Part shown: piece by piece, positions 1 to 8,738 of the stretch | How the letters are laid out: every line of letters begins with the position of its first letter | How positions within the stretch are numbered: the first letter of the stretch is position 1 | Assembly (NCBI GenBank): GCA_016185435.1 | Contig: JACPNN010000021.1 | Span: 269-64,268 of the forward strand | Length of the DNA stretch: 64,000 nucleotides | Origin: Candidatus Aenigmatarchaeota archaeon | GTDB lineage: Archaea; Aenigmatarchaeota; Aenigmatarchaeia; QMZP01 | Direction: 5' to 3' | Translations under genes and position numbers: made by a program | Notes under the pieces: model-generated | Told to the model about the DNA's origin: nothing | Databases searched by the model: none | The model's input: the letters and a program-made list of their open reading frames with translations, nothing else

Positions 1-860
1 TTATCTCCGGAATATTTCCTCGGGCAGGCGAAAAATTTTCCTCCCCTCTCTCTGCACATTATATCAAGCATTTCGCACAGTCTTCTGTTTGCGGCTACGC
101 CTCCTGTAACCACCAGTTCATCCTTTTCGGCATGGGCCATGGCCCTCTCAGCCACTTCCGTAACCATTGCAAAGGCAGTCTCCTGCAGGCTGAAGGAAAC
201 ATCTTCCAATTTTTGCTTTTTTTCCAGCAGCCTTGAGGCATGTGTTATAAGGCCGGAGAAACTGAGATCCATCCCCTTCACAGTATACGGCAGCTCCATA
301 TACTTCCCGTTTTTTGCCAATTCTTCGATTTTGGGCCCTGCAGGGAATCCAATTCCTGCGGACCTCCCGAACTTGTCAAGGGCGTTGCCGAGGCCTATGT
401 CCTGCGTCTCGCCCAGAATGCGGTATCTGCCCTCCATATAGCCTATTATCTGGGTGTTTGCACCTGACACAAAAACCACTATCGGATCCTTTGCTTTTGC
501 CAGAAGTTTTGCTATTTCTATATGGGCTAAACAGTGATTTACTCCTATTAATGGTTTTTTGTATTCTCTTGATACTGATTTTGCTATATTCATCCCGACA
601 GAAAGGCAGGGAGGCATGCCGGGGCCTGCGGCAACCGAAATTATATCTATTTCACCCATTTCTATTTCGGCTTCCGCCAAGGCATTTTTCACTATAGAAT
701 CAGCATGCAGCTTATGATGATTGGCCGCATCTGCCGGCTTTATGCCCCAGCCTTCAGGGGGCTTGAAAATCGCCCTCTTGTCTGCAAGAATCTTTCCCCT
801 GCCATCCGCAATGCCGATGCCAATTGTATGGGCTGTTGATTCTATTCCCAGGGATAGCAT
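1..860 (-). CDS. kae1: Kae1/TsaD-family t6A tRNA-modification protein, 3' part cut by window edge
   Basis: Reverse-strand translation from the ATG (complement of 858-860) gives MLSLGIESTAHTIGIGIADG...HHKLHADSIV...GPGMPPCLSVGMN, matching Kae1/TsaD N-terminal and His-motif signatures. It is absent from the ORF track because it runs off the edge; + strand ORFs 139-697 are antisense to it. Confidence 0.6.
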   Translation of the reverse strand, partial: MLSLGIESTAHTIGIGIADGRGKILADKRAIFKPPEGWGIKPADAANHHKLHADSIVKNALAEAEIEMGEIDIISVAAGPGMPPCLSVGMNIAKSVSREYKKPLIGVNHCLAHIEIAKLLAKAKDPIVVFVSGANTQIIGYMEGRYRILGETQDIGLGNALDKFGRSAGIGFPAGPKIEELAKNGKYMELPYTVKGMDLSFSGLITHASRLLEKKQKLEDVSFSLQETAFAMVTEVAERAMAHAEKDELVVTGGVAANRRLCEMLDIMCRERGGKFFACPRKYSGD

Positions 861-926
861 AGAAAATATGCTGCTTTAGGGCATAAGTATATAAATCTAT
901 TATACTAAGTATACTAAGTAGTAAAA

Positions 927-1181
927 GTGGTAATTATGCCTCTGAAGACGATCAAAATAGGGGAGAAAAGCTATAAGGAGCTGAACAGGTATGCTGGAAC
1001 CCTGAGAGTCATGGAGAACAGGCCAGTTTCCCTGAATGAGGCGCTGCTGAATCTCCTGAAGAAAAACAGGGATGCTGACATAGGAAGGTTTGCAGGAGGC
1101 TGGAAAATGACAGACAAAGAGCTTGAGAGGATAAAAGCGGATTTGGGGAATCTATGGAAGACATGGAAGACAGAATTGTAG
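927..1181 (+). CDS. small antitoxin-like protein (VapB-type partner of the downstream PIN toxin)
   Basis: 84-aa ORF immediately upstream of a PIN-domain gene and overlapping it; charged, helix-rich small protein typical of type II antitoxins. Confidence 0.45.
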   Translation: MVIMPLKTIKIGEKSYKELNRYAGTLRVMENRPVSLNEALLNLLKKNRDADIGRFAGGWKMTDKELERIKADLGNLWKTWKTEL

Positions 1182-1570
1182 TTGATTCCGATATCCTTGT
1201 GAACTTCCTCCGCAATAAAAAGGAGGAAGTTGAATTGTTGAAAAGGATGAGCCGGCAGGCCACACTTGCCACGACGGACATCAACGCATTCGAGCTGTAT
1301 TACGGGGCTTACAAAAGCAGCAAACAGGATGAAAACCTCGCTGCGACCAAAGGTCTTCTCAATTCTCTTTTGCTGCTAAGCACAAGTGAGGATAGCATGG
1401 AGATGGCAGGTAAGATCATCACAGACCTGGAAAAGAGGGGGAAGCCTATGGAAATAAGGGACCTTCTGATAGGCTCCATATGCCTTACAAATTCTATTGC
1501 TCTTTTAACCGGCAACAGGAGGCACTTCGAAAATATGGAAGGCCTCAAAATCATTGAGACGAAGCTTTAG
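1154..1570 (+). CDS. vapC: PIN-domain ribonuclease toxin (VapC-like)
   Basis: N-terminal IVVDSDILVNFL motif (first conserved Asp of PIN domains); ~135 aa; overlaps upstream small ORF. Confidence 0.65.
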   Translation: MEDMEDRIVVDSDILVNFLRNKKEEVELLKRMSRQATLATTDINAFELYYGAYKSSKQDENLAATKGLLNSLLLLSTSEDSMEMAGKIITDLEKRGKPMEIRDLLIGSICLTNSIALLTGNRRHFENMEGLKIIETKL

Positions 1571-1621
1571 CAAATCATGGCTGCATGAAGATTCAAATTA
1601 GGATGCGGATAATTATATTTC

Positions 1622-2407
1622 ATGAAATGGGTTGAGGATGCCTGGAAGCAGAAACAGATTTACATAATGATGGTTTTCTCCCTGCTTTTCCTCATCATAA
1701 TTTCCCTGCCCTCCAACCCCTCCTTCAAGACTTCACCCTTGGATATCCTTTTCCATTTCCTTTCCGCCACGATTCCTGCAGTAGCAATTGACCTTGCCAT
1801 GATGAAAAAAAGAAAGCAGGTGTCATTCCCATACTCTGCCATCATCACAGGCCTCATAGCAGGAAGCCTCCTGCCTGTAGCGAACCATCTCTCTGTTTTT
1901 GCTGCAGGTCTTTTTGCTGGATTGTCAAAGCGCATTATCAAGATAAATAACAGGCATATGTTCAACCCGGCGGCATTCGGGATAGGCCTTGCAATCCCGC
2001 TTTTTGTCCAGACAGACGCATGGTGGGCCGTCCCCTATTCAAATTTCCTTCCTGCATTTATTTTATTGATGGCTCTTGGGATTGTTGTTTCAAATAAGAT
2101 AAGAAAACTATATCTCTCTTTTTCATTCCTTCTGGCATATCTCATCCTTTCATTTTTCATATTCAAAGGGGATGCAGCCGCTCTCATTTCAGGCCTCCCC
2201 TTCTACATGGCCTTCTTCATGCTTACTGAGCCCAAGACGAGCGCTGCCCTGCCGCGGGACCAGCTCATATCAGGAGCATTCACAGGATTGGCATGCATCG
2301 GCCTTTCCTTCATCGCACCAACAGGATTCCTGATATACGGCCTGCTTCTCAATAACATTTTTGTATTTCTGATGCCGAAAATAAGAGCCTCTCTTGCCAA
2401 AAAATGA
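1622..2407 (+). CDS. polytopic membrane protein, possibly A24-family prepilin/preflagellin peptidase-like
   Basis: Multiple hydrophobic segments; candidate Asp-containing motifs (AIDLAMMKK, FKGDAAAL) reminiscent of the two catalytic Asp of A24 peptidases; weak. Confidence 0.3.
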   Translation: MKWVEDAWKQKQIYIMMVFSLLFLIIISLPSNPSFKTSPLDILFHFLSATIPAVAIDLAMMKKRKQVSFPYSAIITGLIAGSLLPVANHLSVFAAGLFAGLSKRIIKINNRHMFNPAAFGIGLAIPLFVQTDAWWAVPYSNFLPAFILLMALGIVVSNKIRKLYLSFSFLLAYLILSFFIFKGDAAALISGLPFYMAFFMLTEPKTSAALPRDQLISGAFTGLACIGLSFIAPTGFLIYGLLLNNIFVFLMPKIRASLAKK

Positions 2408-2432
2408 AGCGCTTCAGGCCCTTTTCAGGATG

Positions 2433-3080
2433 TTACCATGGAAGGTCTATCCTTGCTTCATCGCTGGCATACTTTTCTCCGGTCTCAGTGTCAAGTTTGT
2501 CTTCGTAATAAAACGGATCAATGAAAAAGGTTTCCGGAGAGCCGTCTGGGTTAGCTCTCATAACAAATTCGCGGTCCTCGTGAAATTTAGGAACAATTCT
2601 CAATGCTTTTCCTTGGCTGATATCCTCAGTGATTAGAATCGCAGACTGGCGGTGCAGTTTTCCGGGACCCTCATTATTCCACGCGACTATACCGGTGAAA
2701 TATGGCGGATTTTTGTGGGTATTGAAGGCCCTTTCAAAGGCCCCCAGCTCCCTTATGGCGTCAGGGCCTTCCAGCATGTATGGCCTTTTTTTTACGACCC
2801 GCAGCGCCACATGGATTTTCCGGCCATCTATTGAGTCGTCTATTGCCCCTACACTGTAAACTGAATGCATTTGTCCGTGCCCCAGCACCATGATGTCCTC
2901 AGGCAAAGCTTCACCCAGGTACTGATGCGTGAATGTGCCTTTTATCCTGGATATCATGGCCCTGTCTCCAAGAATGAAGGGCTTGAGCCTCAGCACTCTC
3001 CCGTAATATTCGCCAGCGCTGGCAACGTCGGACTGCGGTTTGGAGGCATAAATTGAATCCATCTGCAGAAATAATTGCAA
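2433..3080 (-). CDS. metallophosphoesterase-like protein (MJ0936/Vps29-like), N-terminal motif not evident
   Basis: Motifs FILGDRAMIS and VLGHGQMH resemble phosphoesterase motifs II and GHxH; assignment tentative. Confidence 0.3.
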   Translation of the reverse strand: MQLFLQMDSIYASKPQSDVASAGEYYGRVLRLKPFILGDRAMISRIKGTFTHQYLGEALPEDIMVLGHGQMHSVYSVGAIDDSIDGRKIHVALRVVKKRPYMLEGPDAIRELGAFERAFNTHKNPPYFTGIVAWNNEGPGKLHRQSAILITEDISQGKALRIVPKFHEDREFVMRANPDGSPETFFIDPFYYEDKLDTETGEKYASDEARIDLPW

Positions 3081-3092
3081 GCTATATAAAGG

Positions 3093-3353
3093 CTATATTA
3101 TCTTCTCTCCAGTCTCTTTGTTTATTATGTGTATCACATTGACAGGGCAGCCCTCCGCCGCCATCTTGGCATTGGCCAGCTGGCTCTCGTCCATCTCCTT
3201 CTCGAAAACCATGGTATTGCTGTCCTTCAGCTCGCTGCCCATAAGGTCTGCTTTCCCGTCCTTGTTCATCACAAAGTTGTCGGGATTGACAGCTGCGCAT
3301 ACGCCTGCCCCTATGCAGCCTTTCCTCTCGTACTGGATTATGTATGTGGCCAT
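3093..3353 (-). CDS. fdx: small 4Fe-4S ferredoxin
   Basis: MATYIIQYERKGCIGAGVCAAVNP...EGCPVNVIHI: CxxAxxC...CP cluster-binding pattern. ORF track start at 3392 is probably too far upstream. Confidence 0.55.
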   Translation of the reverse strand: MATYIIQYERKGCIGAGVCAAVNPDNFVMNKDGKADLMGSELKDSNTMVFEKEMDESQLANAKMAAEGCPVNVIHIINKETGEKII

Positions 3354-3425
3354 CCTTATCGCCTGAATGTGAATTAATTGTTTCGGTAGCAATATATATT
3401 TGTTTCAGAGGGCAGCCAGAAATTT

Positions 3426-4088
3426 ATGAAAAACAGGATTCAGCAAATATACGGCAGGCTTTTGAAGCATTACGGAAAGCAGGATTGGTGGCCTGTAAGA
3501 AGATCCTTTGAGCCTGAGTGGTTTGAGATTTGTGTCGGTGCCGTATTAGCCCAAAACACAAGCTGGAAAAATGTGGACAAAGCCCTTGACGGACTGATGA
3601 GAGAAGGCATGACAAGCCCGTCTGCTGTTCTGAAAGCTGATCCAGATAAGCTGAAAAAAGCAATCAGGCCGTCAGGATTTTACAACCAGAAGGCAGAGAG
3701 ATTAAAAATCCTTTCCACTCTCATCCTGGATTCAGGCATAGATAATTTCCAGCAAAAGATGACAAGGGAAAGTCTCCTTTCGGCCAGAGGGATAGGGAAG
3801 GAGACGGCAGACAGCATCCTGCTTTATGCGTGTGACAGGCCTGTTTTTGTAGTCGATGCATACACAAAAAGAATATTTTCCAGGATCGGGCTTATGGAAG
3901 AAAAACTGGAGTATGAAAAAATAAGGGAATTGTTTGAGAATGCCATTGAAAAGGATTCTGGTTTATTCAGGGAATACCATGCCCTGATAGTTGAGCATGC
4001 CAAACAGACATGCGGAAAAGAACCTCTCTGTAGAGAATGCTGCCTTCTTCAAGTGTGCAAATATGGAAAAGGGAAAGCAAATCAGTAA
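3426..4088 (+). CDS. nth: HhH-GPD family DNA glycosylase (endonuclease III-like) with C-terminal Fe-S cluster loop
   Basis: LLSARGIGKETADSILLYA...VVDAYTKRIFSRIG helix-hairpin-helix/GPD region; C-terminal CGKEPLCRECCLLQVC (Cx6Cx2Cx5C-like). Confidence 0.65.
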   Translation: MKNRIQQIYGRLLKHYGKQDWWPVRRSFEPEWFEICVGAVLAQNTSWKNVDKALDGLMREGMTSPSAVLKADPDKLKKAIRPSGFYNQKAERLKILSTLILDSGIDNFQQKMTRESLLSARGIGKETADSILLYACDRPVFVVDAYTKRIFSRIGLMEEKLEYEKIRELFENAIEKDSGLFREYHALIVEHAKQTCGKEPLCRECCLLQVCKYGKGKANQ

Positions 4089-5110
4089 TCCACCCTGAAC
4101 CTCAGCATCGCTGCTATTCCCCCGAGATGCAGCAGCTTTTCTCCGGACTCGTGATCCGAGGAGATGAAAATGATTTTCGAGGAAATTTTTTCTGCCGAAT
4201 CTATCATATCCCTGAAATCCATCATCTTCTCCTCTGATACCAGAAGAAGCTCAACTGCGCCATATTCTATCGCCTTTTTTGTCTCCTTTTCGCCATAAAC
4301 GGCCTTCCCTTCAGGCTTTGCAATTTCTTTCAGGAGGTTTTCCACAAGATCGGTTTCCATGGCAATTCTCGTAGTCCGCAGGATCCTGTTGGCAGATTTC
4401 TTGATAACCTCCTTTGCGCCTGATATTCCTATGTAGCTTGAATGTTCGAGCAAAGCTTTTGCAGCCAATGGATTCTTATTTTCTTTCAGGTATTCCAGGA
4501 AGTTCTCCCTCTCGAAGCCAGGCCCCGCGATTATCAGCATGCTGAAGCCTTCCTTCTGCTGGATGTATTCTGCAACCTGCCTGTAGAAGGCATTCTTGCC
4601 CTCTTCCTGCTCCTTTTCCCTCGAAACCTTCTTGAAGCTGATGCTTGCAAGCATCTCCAAGCCCTCATCGGAATAGACTGCAAAATCAGCCTCCTCCCTG
4701 TCTATCAGGCATATCAGTATCCTCTGGCCCTTCGTCTTTGCCTTTTCAAGCCTCTCAAGCTGGTGCCTCTTCCACTGCTTCCTGATCTGAAGGGCCACGC
4801 CTGCCTTAGCATCCATGGTATGGTGGCTGGCTAATTTAATGTCTTCAGGCCCTGAAACTATTTTCCCGGACAATCTAAGCCTTGAAGTGTCCTTGTGGTA
4901 TGAGAATTTCTCCAATTCAATTGAGAGTATGACGGGCTTCCTTTCACCATAATCTATTTCCTGCTGCCTCTTTATCGTGGTCTTCCTCCTCGTCTTCCCC
5001 GTTATTATGTCCCCGGCCTCCAGCATCTTCTGCAGGTGCCACAGGTCTTCAGGGCCCTCTATCTTCAGCTTTACGATGCCTTCCTTCAGCCTTCTCTTGA
5101 GGATTCTCAT
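4082..5110 (-). CDS. pelA: Pelota/Dom34 mRNA surveillance (no-go decay) factor
   Basis: 342 aa, eRF1-like domain architecture, length and composition typical of archaeal Pelota. Confidence 0.65.
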   Translation of the reverse strand: MRILKRRLKEGIVKLKIEGPEDLWHLQKMLEAGDIITGKTRRKTTIKRQQEIDYGERKPVILSIELEKFSYHKDTSRLRLSGKIVSGPEDIKLASHHTMDAKAGVALQIRKQWKRHQLERLEKAKTKGQRILICLIDREEADFAVYSDEGLEMLASISFKKVSREKEQEEGKNAFYRQVAEYIQQKEGFSMLIIAGPGFERENFLEYLKENKNPLAAKALLEHSSYIGISGAKEVIKKSANRILRTTRIAMETDLVENLLKEIAKPEGKAVYGEKETKKAIEYGAVELLLVSEEKMMDFRDMIDSAEKISSKIIFISSDHESGEKLLHLGGIAAMLRFRVDY

Positions 5111-5130
5111 AAGAAGAATTGGATTCCTTA

Positions 5131-6537
5131 TTAATCAAGCAGGCCGTGCTGCCTGGCCAAATTCCGCTTCGGATCGTATGGGTCCGAGAGGTCCACTATC
5201 AGCCACTTCTCGCCTACTCTGACATCCACCTTTTCCCAGCATCTCTCCGTGAAGCGTATCGTGCCCTTTCCGACGGCATTTCCCCTGTAAAAGGCTCTCG
5301 TGTCGTTTGGCGGAGCTGATACGGCTTCCTCAATCTGTCGGTCTGTCACGATTCTTTCGGTAGCGCCTCTGGCCTGCAGCATGTAGAAAAGTCCATCCTC
5401 CCCAAGAAGGTGGTAGTACAGATCGAAGGTTTCAGCCTGTTGGTCCCCAAGCGAAAAGCCTTCCTTGGCCATCAAATCCTCGAGCATGGCAAGCTTAAGC
5501 CAGCAGTCGTACCATCTGCCGAGCCTCCAAGGATTTTCCACTGGGTTTCTTGAAAGCTCGTCGAGAGTGTACTCCCACCTGTTGAGTATGTCCGCACTCT
5601 CTCTGTCTTTCTTCCACTCCCTGTTCTCCTTCTGCATCCGCCTGGCCTCGTCAAGAAACGCCCTCTGTATTTCGACGGCCGTGGCTTTGGCACCTCCGGG
5701 AGAGGACAGGGCTGCCTTATGTTGCAGAGACAGATCGCATGCTATGTCATAGAAGCTTTTTACTGCATCCTCGAGAACGTTGCCCGGATGCCTGCCTGCA
5801 TTCAGCAGGCTGAGCACTATTGCAGTGGTGCCGGCTTTCATGTATGTTGCCATCTCTGACATGTTCGCATCTCCGTCGCGCACCGAGAGCCTCCCTGACA
5901 CTTGAAGTTTGCTAATGTTGTTCGGAGACCTGAGTTTCTGGGAAAGTGTGTAGGAGCCTTCCCGGACAGATCCTGAGCCTGTGAATATCTGCCTTGTCGC
6001 GAGGAAAGATGCGAGATGCTTGGAGTCTGCAATCAGGACCAGCTTTTCCGGCACATAATAGTTCTCATGACAGCCGTAGACGCTGATCTTCCTGCGGGCA
6101 GACTTGGAATTTTCGGGGTGGCCAAAATCGGTTCCAGCATTGTTCTTGAATACGGCATGGCGTGGGAAGCGCTTTTCTATAATCCTTTCCCCTGCCTTGT
6201 CATCAATGACGAGATTTGCGGGGCCGGAGCATTCAGGTGTGCTATACTCCACATGGCAACCTACATCAATGTAAGTCAGGCCGCCGTTCGGCAGCCACTG
6301 ATAGAGGTATGGCACAGTACCGTCTCCGTTCATGCCTCCGAAATATATTGGTCTCGCAGCATGTCCCTCGTCCATCGGCAATGGATAGCCCTTGCTGCAT
6401 TTTTTGATTTGTCTGAGATCGACTTTCCTTCCTACAAATGTCCGAATTACCTCCCTCAGATGCGCCCTGAAATCGTTGTCGAGCGAGCCTGTCGTCATTA
6501 TGCTGTATTCAGTCTCCAGACCCATTATGGTTTTCAT
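5131..6537 (-). CDS. PafA/Dop-family (Pup ligase / depupylase-like) carboxylate-amine ligase
   Basis: From the internal Met, MKTIMGLETEYSIM matches the PafA N-terminal RIxGxEtEYG block. Further matches to M. tuberculosis PafA: YIDVGCHVEYSTPEC, FKNNAGTD...YGCHENYYV, LATRQIFTGSGSV, DANMSEMATYMKAGTTAIVLSLL, TDRQIEEAVSAPPNDTRAFYRGNAV. About 469 aa, PafA-like length with no Dop-loop insertion. Confidence 0.65.
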   Translation of the reverse strand: MKTIMGLETEYSIMTTGSLDNDFRAHLREVIRTFVGRKVDLRQIKKCSKGYPLPMDEGHAARPIYFGGMNGDGTVPYLYQWLPNGGLTYIDVGCHVEYSTPECSGPANLVIDDKAGERIIEKRFPRHAVFKNNAGTDFGHPENSKSARRKISVYGCHENYYVPEKLVLIADSKHLASFLATRQIFTGSGSVREGSYTLSQKLRSPNNISKLQVSGRLSVRDGDANMSEMATYMKAGTTAIVLSLLNAGRHPGNVLEDAVKSFYDIACDLSLQHKAALSSPGGAKATAVEIQRAFLDEARRMQKENREWKKDRESADILNRWEYTLDELSRNPVENPWRLGRWYDCWLKLAMLEDLMAKEGFSLGDQQAETFDLYYHLLGEDGLFYMLQARGATERIVTDRQIEEAVSAPPNDTRAFYRGNAVGKGTIRFTERCWEKVDVRVGEKWLIVDLSDPYDPKRNLARQHGLLD

Positions 6538-6671
6538 TGCCCTGCATCTCTTCCATCGAAACTGCATCTGAATTGGGAAGGAAGCAATTTAACCCTTCTC
6601 TAAAAACGGCATTTGAATATCAGTTTGTGAGGCAATCTCTTTTTATTACTTGAAAGGCCAAATATCAAATA

Positions 6672-7820
6672 ATGGGTTCCGGAAATCGTTCCAGAGAAAT
6701 GAAAGGAGAGGAGAAAGGCGACAATGGCTTCATTTATGTCCTGATAGCAGGAGTGGTTGTGCTGGCGGCGCTTTTCATTCTTGGCCCGATGATACAGCTC
6801 CCGGAAGACACAGGCAAAGTGAAGGCCGTCCACACATTCTCAGTGGGCAAGGTCGGCGTGTCCGCAGGCAGCTTCAAGAGCCAGACAATAGGCACTTTCC
6901 AGGTTGGTGAGACACAGAAAGAGGTGCTGAAGCTGCTTGGAAGAGTGGAGATAGAAAACGGCATCCCAGGCACAAAAACTCAGGAATATCCAATAGCAAT
7001 CCCTGACTATCTTCTTGAATCCCTTAAGGACATAAAAGTTTCCTTTGACATTGTGGAGACAAACCAGTATGGAGAGCTTATATTCGAATGGAACGGGAAG
7101 GAGGTGTTCAGAAGGAAGGCGGCCAGCAGGGAGTGGAGCTTCACCATACCAAGGGATAATGTGGGCAGGCTCAACACGCTTAAGGTGCATGCCTCTTCGC
7201 CAGGCCTCATATTCTGGGCATCGACCGTATACAAGCTCGAGCCATTCGAGGTGTCTGCAGAATACGGCCCGTCAAAGCTCTTCGGCTTCCAGCTGAGCCA
7301 AAAGGAGCTGGAGACGTTCAGCAGGGGGGAGATAGAGTTTTATTCGCTTTCAGGGGCCAAGCTTTCCGTAAGGATCAACGGCAGGCAGATATTCAGCAGG
7401 CCTCCTGAAGGCACAGAAAAGCTCATATTCGATTTCAGCACTGCTCCTGTCTTCTTCGGCCAGAATGTCCTGTCCTTCGAATCATCTTCGCCCGTCACTA
7501 TTGACGGCGCAAGGCTCAAGCTCTATGTGCAGGCCCCTGCAACGGCCTTCCTGGAAAGGTTCAACCTCACAAAGGCCAATATCAACAGCATGAAGAACAA
7601 CAAGGGGAGGGTGAAGGTGGCCGTATCCAGTGTTGACAGGCCGGGAAGCCTCGCAGTTATGCTCAATGGAAAAACGATAGGATCGGAAACTGTTCTGGAG
7701 GTCGCATCCCCCACTTACAAATTTGACGGGGCCGATGCGAGAGAAGGCATGAATGAGATACAGATAACAGGGACAGGGGAGTTCGAGATTGGCCAGGCGG
7801 TTGTGGGGGTTGAGGGGTGA
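6672..7820 (+). CDS. membrane-anchored extracellular protein of unknown function
   Basis: N-terminal TM helix (FIYVLIAGVVVLAALFILG) followed by ~340-aa hydrophilic domain; last 23 aa duplicated downstream at 8519-8590. Confidence 0.45.
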   Translation: MGSGNRSREMKGEEKGDNGFIYVLIAGVVVLAALFILGPMIQLPEDTGKVKAVHTFSVGKVGVSAGSFKSQTIGTFQVGETQKEVLKLLGRVEIENGIPGTKTQEYPIAIPDYLLESLKDIKVSFDIVETNQYGELIFEWNGKEVFRRKAASREWSFTIPRDNVGRLNTLKVHASSPGLIFWASTVYKLEPFEVSAEYGPSKLFGFQLSQKELETFSRGEIEFYSLSGAKLSVRINGRQIFSRPPEGTEKLIFDFSTAPVFFGQNVLSFESSSPVTIDGARLKLYVQAPATAFLERFNLTKANINSMKNNKGRVKVAVSSVDRPGSLAVMLNGKTIGSETVLEVASPTYKFDGADAREGMNEIQITGTGEFEIGQAVVGVEG

Positions 7821-7885
7821 TATTGCCGATATGACATTAATTGAGCCAACTGCTGCTGGTATTCTCAGCGATATTCTCTATATTT
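7749..7885 (+). repeat. copy A of ~137-bp direct repeat (spans 3' end of gene 6672-7820 and 5' end of gene 7831-8517)
   Basis: Aligns at ~80% identity with 8519-8655, including ATGAATGA(R)ATMCAGAT...GCCAGGCGGTTG(Y)GGGGGTTGAGGG and CCAACTGCTGCTGGTATTCT. Confidence 0.7.
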
Positions 7886-8517
7886 ATGTAAACCTGATAT
7901 TGCCTCTGTTATTTGTGTTTATGGTTTTTCGCACCCTTGACAAGAAGCGCAATATTTTCCTCAGGCTCGCGATTTCTTCGGCCGCATTTATCATAATGGT
8001 AGCATTTATGTCTTCAATACCACATTTTTTCCCTTCTTCTGCTTGGAGCTCATTATGGATCCCTTCTCTGGCAATCGCTTCCCTTTTTTATGCCACTTTC
8101 AAAGAGAAAAACAAAGCTGGCAAAAGGCTGACATTGTCCATAGGCGTTTTTGTTGCCCTGATAGCTGTGGGACTAGTCATTTCTGAGCTTTTAGGTGAAG
8201 AGGTGTTTAGGGGTCTTGGTGATAGTTTGATTATTCCTGAAGGTCCTGCAGTTTGCCAATACGGGATAATAGAGGCATTTGCTAGCACAACAGATGAGAC
8301 TTTGAATGCCGATTCCATAGTATTGAAAGAGCTTCGGGATTCAGAGGGAAACCCGGTAAAAGGTTTCGATGTGCTTCCTGACGCTTTCCCCCTCAGGAGG
8401 GGAGAGCCGGCCAAGAAAATCATAAGCTTCAACTGCGGAGGAACATGCACAGGTACCTATACGATGATTCTTGTAAAAAACATCAAGAGAATAACTCGCA
8501 CTGTGACATGCGAATAA
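7831..8517 (+). CDS. 4-TM membrane protein with Cys-containing C-terminal domain, unknown function
   Basis: MTLIEPTAAGILSDILYIYVNLILPLLF... hydrophobic N-terminal half; C-terminal FNCGGTCTGTYTMILV...VTCE; flanked by direct repeats. Confidence 0.4.
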   Translation: MTLIEPTAAGILSDILYIYVNLILPLLFVFMVFRTLDKKRNIFLRLAISSAAFIIMVAFMSSIPHFFPSSAWSSLWIPSLAIASLFYATFKEKNKAGKRLTLSIGVFVALIAVGLVISELLGEEVFRGLGDSLIIPEGPAVCQYGIIEAFASTTDETLNADSIVLKELRDSEGNPVKGFDVLPDAFPLRRGEPAKKIISFNCGGTCTGTYTMILVKNIKRITRTVTCE

Positions 8518-8518
8518 T

Positions 8519-8655
8519 ATGAATGAAATCCAGATTACGGGAATGGAAGAGTTTGAAGTGAGCCAGGCGGTTGCGGGGGTTGAGGGATGAGATGTTGTGA
8601 CAGTAATTGGGCCAACTGCTGCTGGTATTCTAGATTATATTCTCAATGTTTATAT
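8519..8655 (+). repeat. copy B of ~137-bp direct repeat (degenerate duplicate of upstream gene end and gene-X start)
   Basis: Encodes relic 23-aa ORF MNEIQITGMEEFEVSQAVAGVEG (compare C-terminus ...MNEIQITGTGEFEIGQAVVGVEG of gene 6672-7820) and a truncated VTVIGPTAAGILDYILNVYMYGKFPWLLCCS copy of the gene-X N-terminus. Confidence 0.7.
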
Positions 8656-8738
8656 GTATGGCAAATTTCCATGGTTACTCTGTTGCTCTTAAACAGCGAG
8701 CCACATACCTATTTATAAGCAGTTGGGCAAATAGTATC

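Noticed and set aside
139-697. Three overlapping + strand ORFs (100, 75, 127 aa)
   Set aside because: They are antisense to a well-supported Kae1/TsaD gene on the minus strand and have low-complexity composition, so they are probably non-coding.
5131-6700. Looked for a Pup-like small ORF (C-terminal GGQ/GGE) next to the PafA-like gene
   Set aside because: None recognised by eye on either strand. The flanks are pelota and a secreted-protein gene, so no claim of a Pup gene.
8646-8738. FMN riboswitch upstream of ribB
   Set aside because: The leader is under 100 nt and lacks the conserved FMN-aptamer stems.
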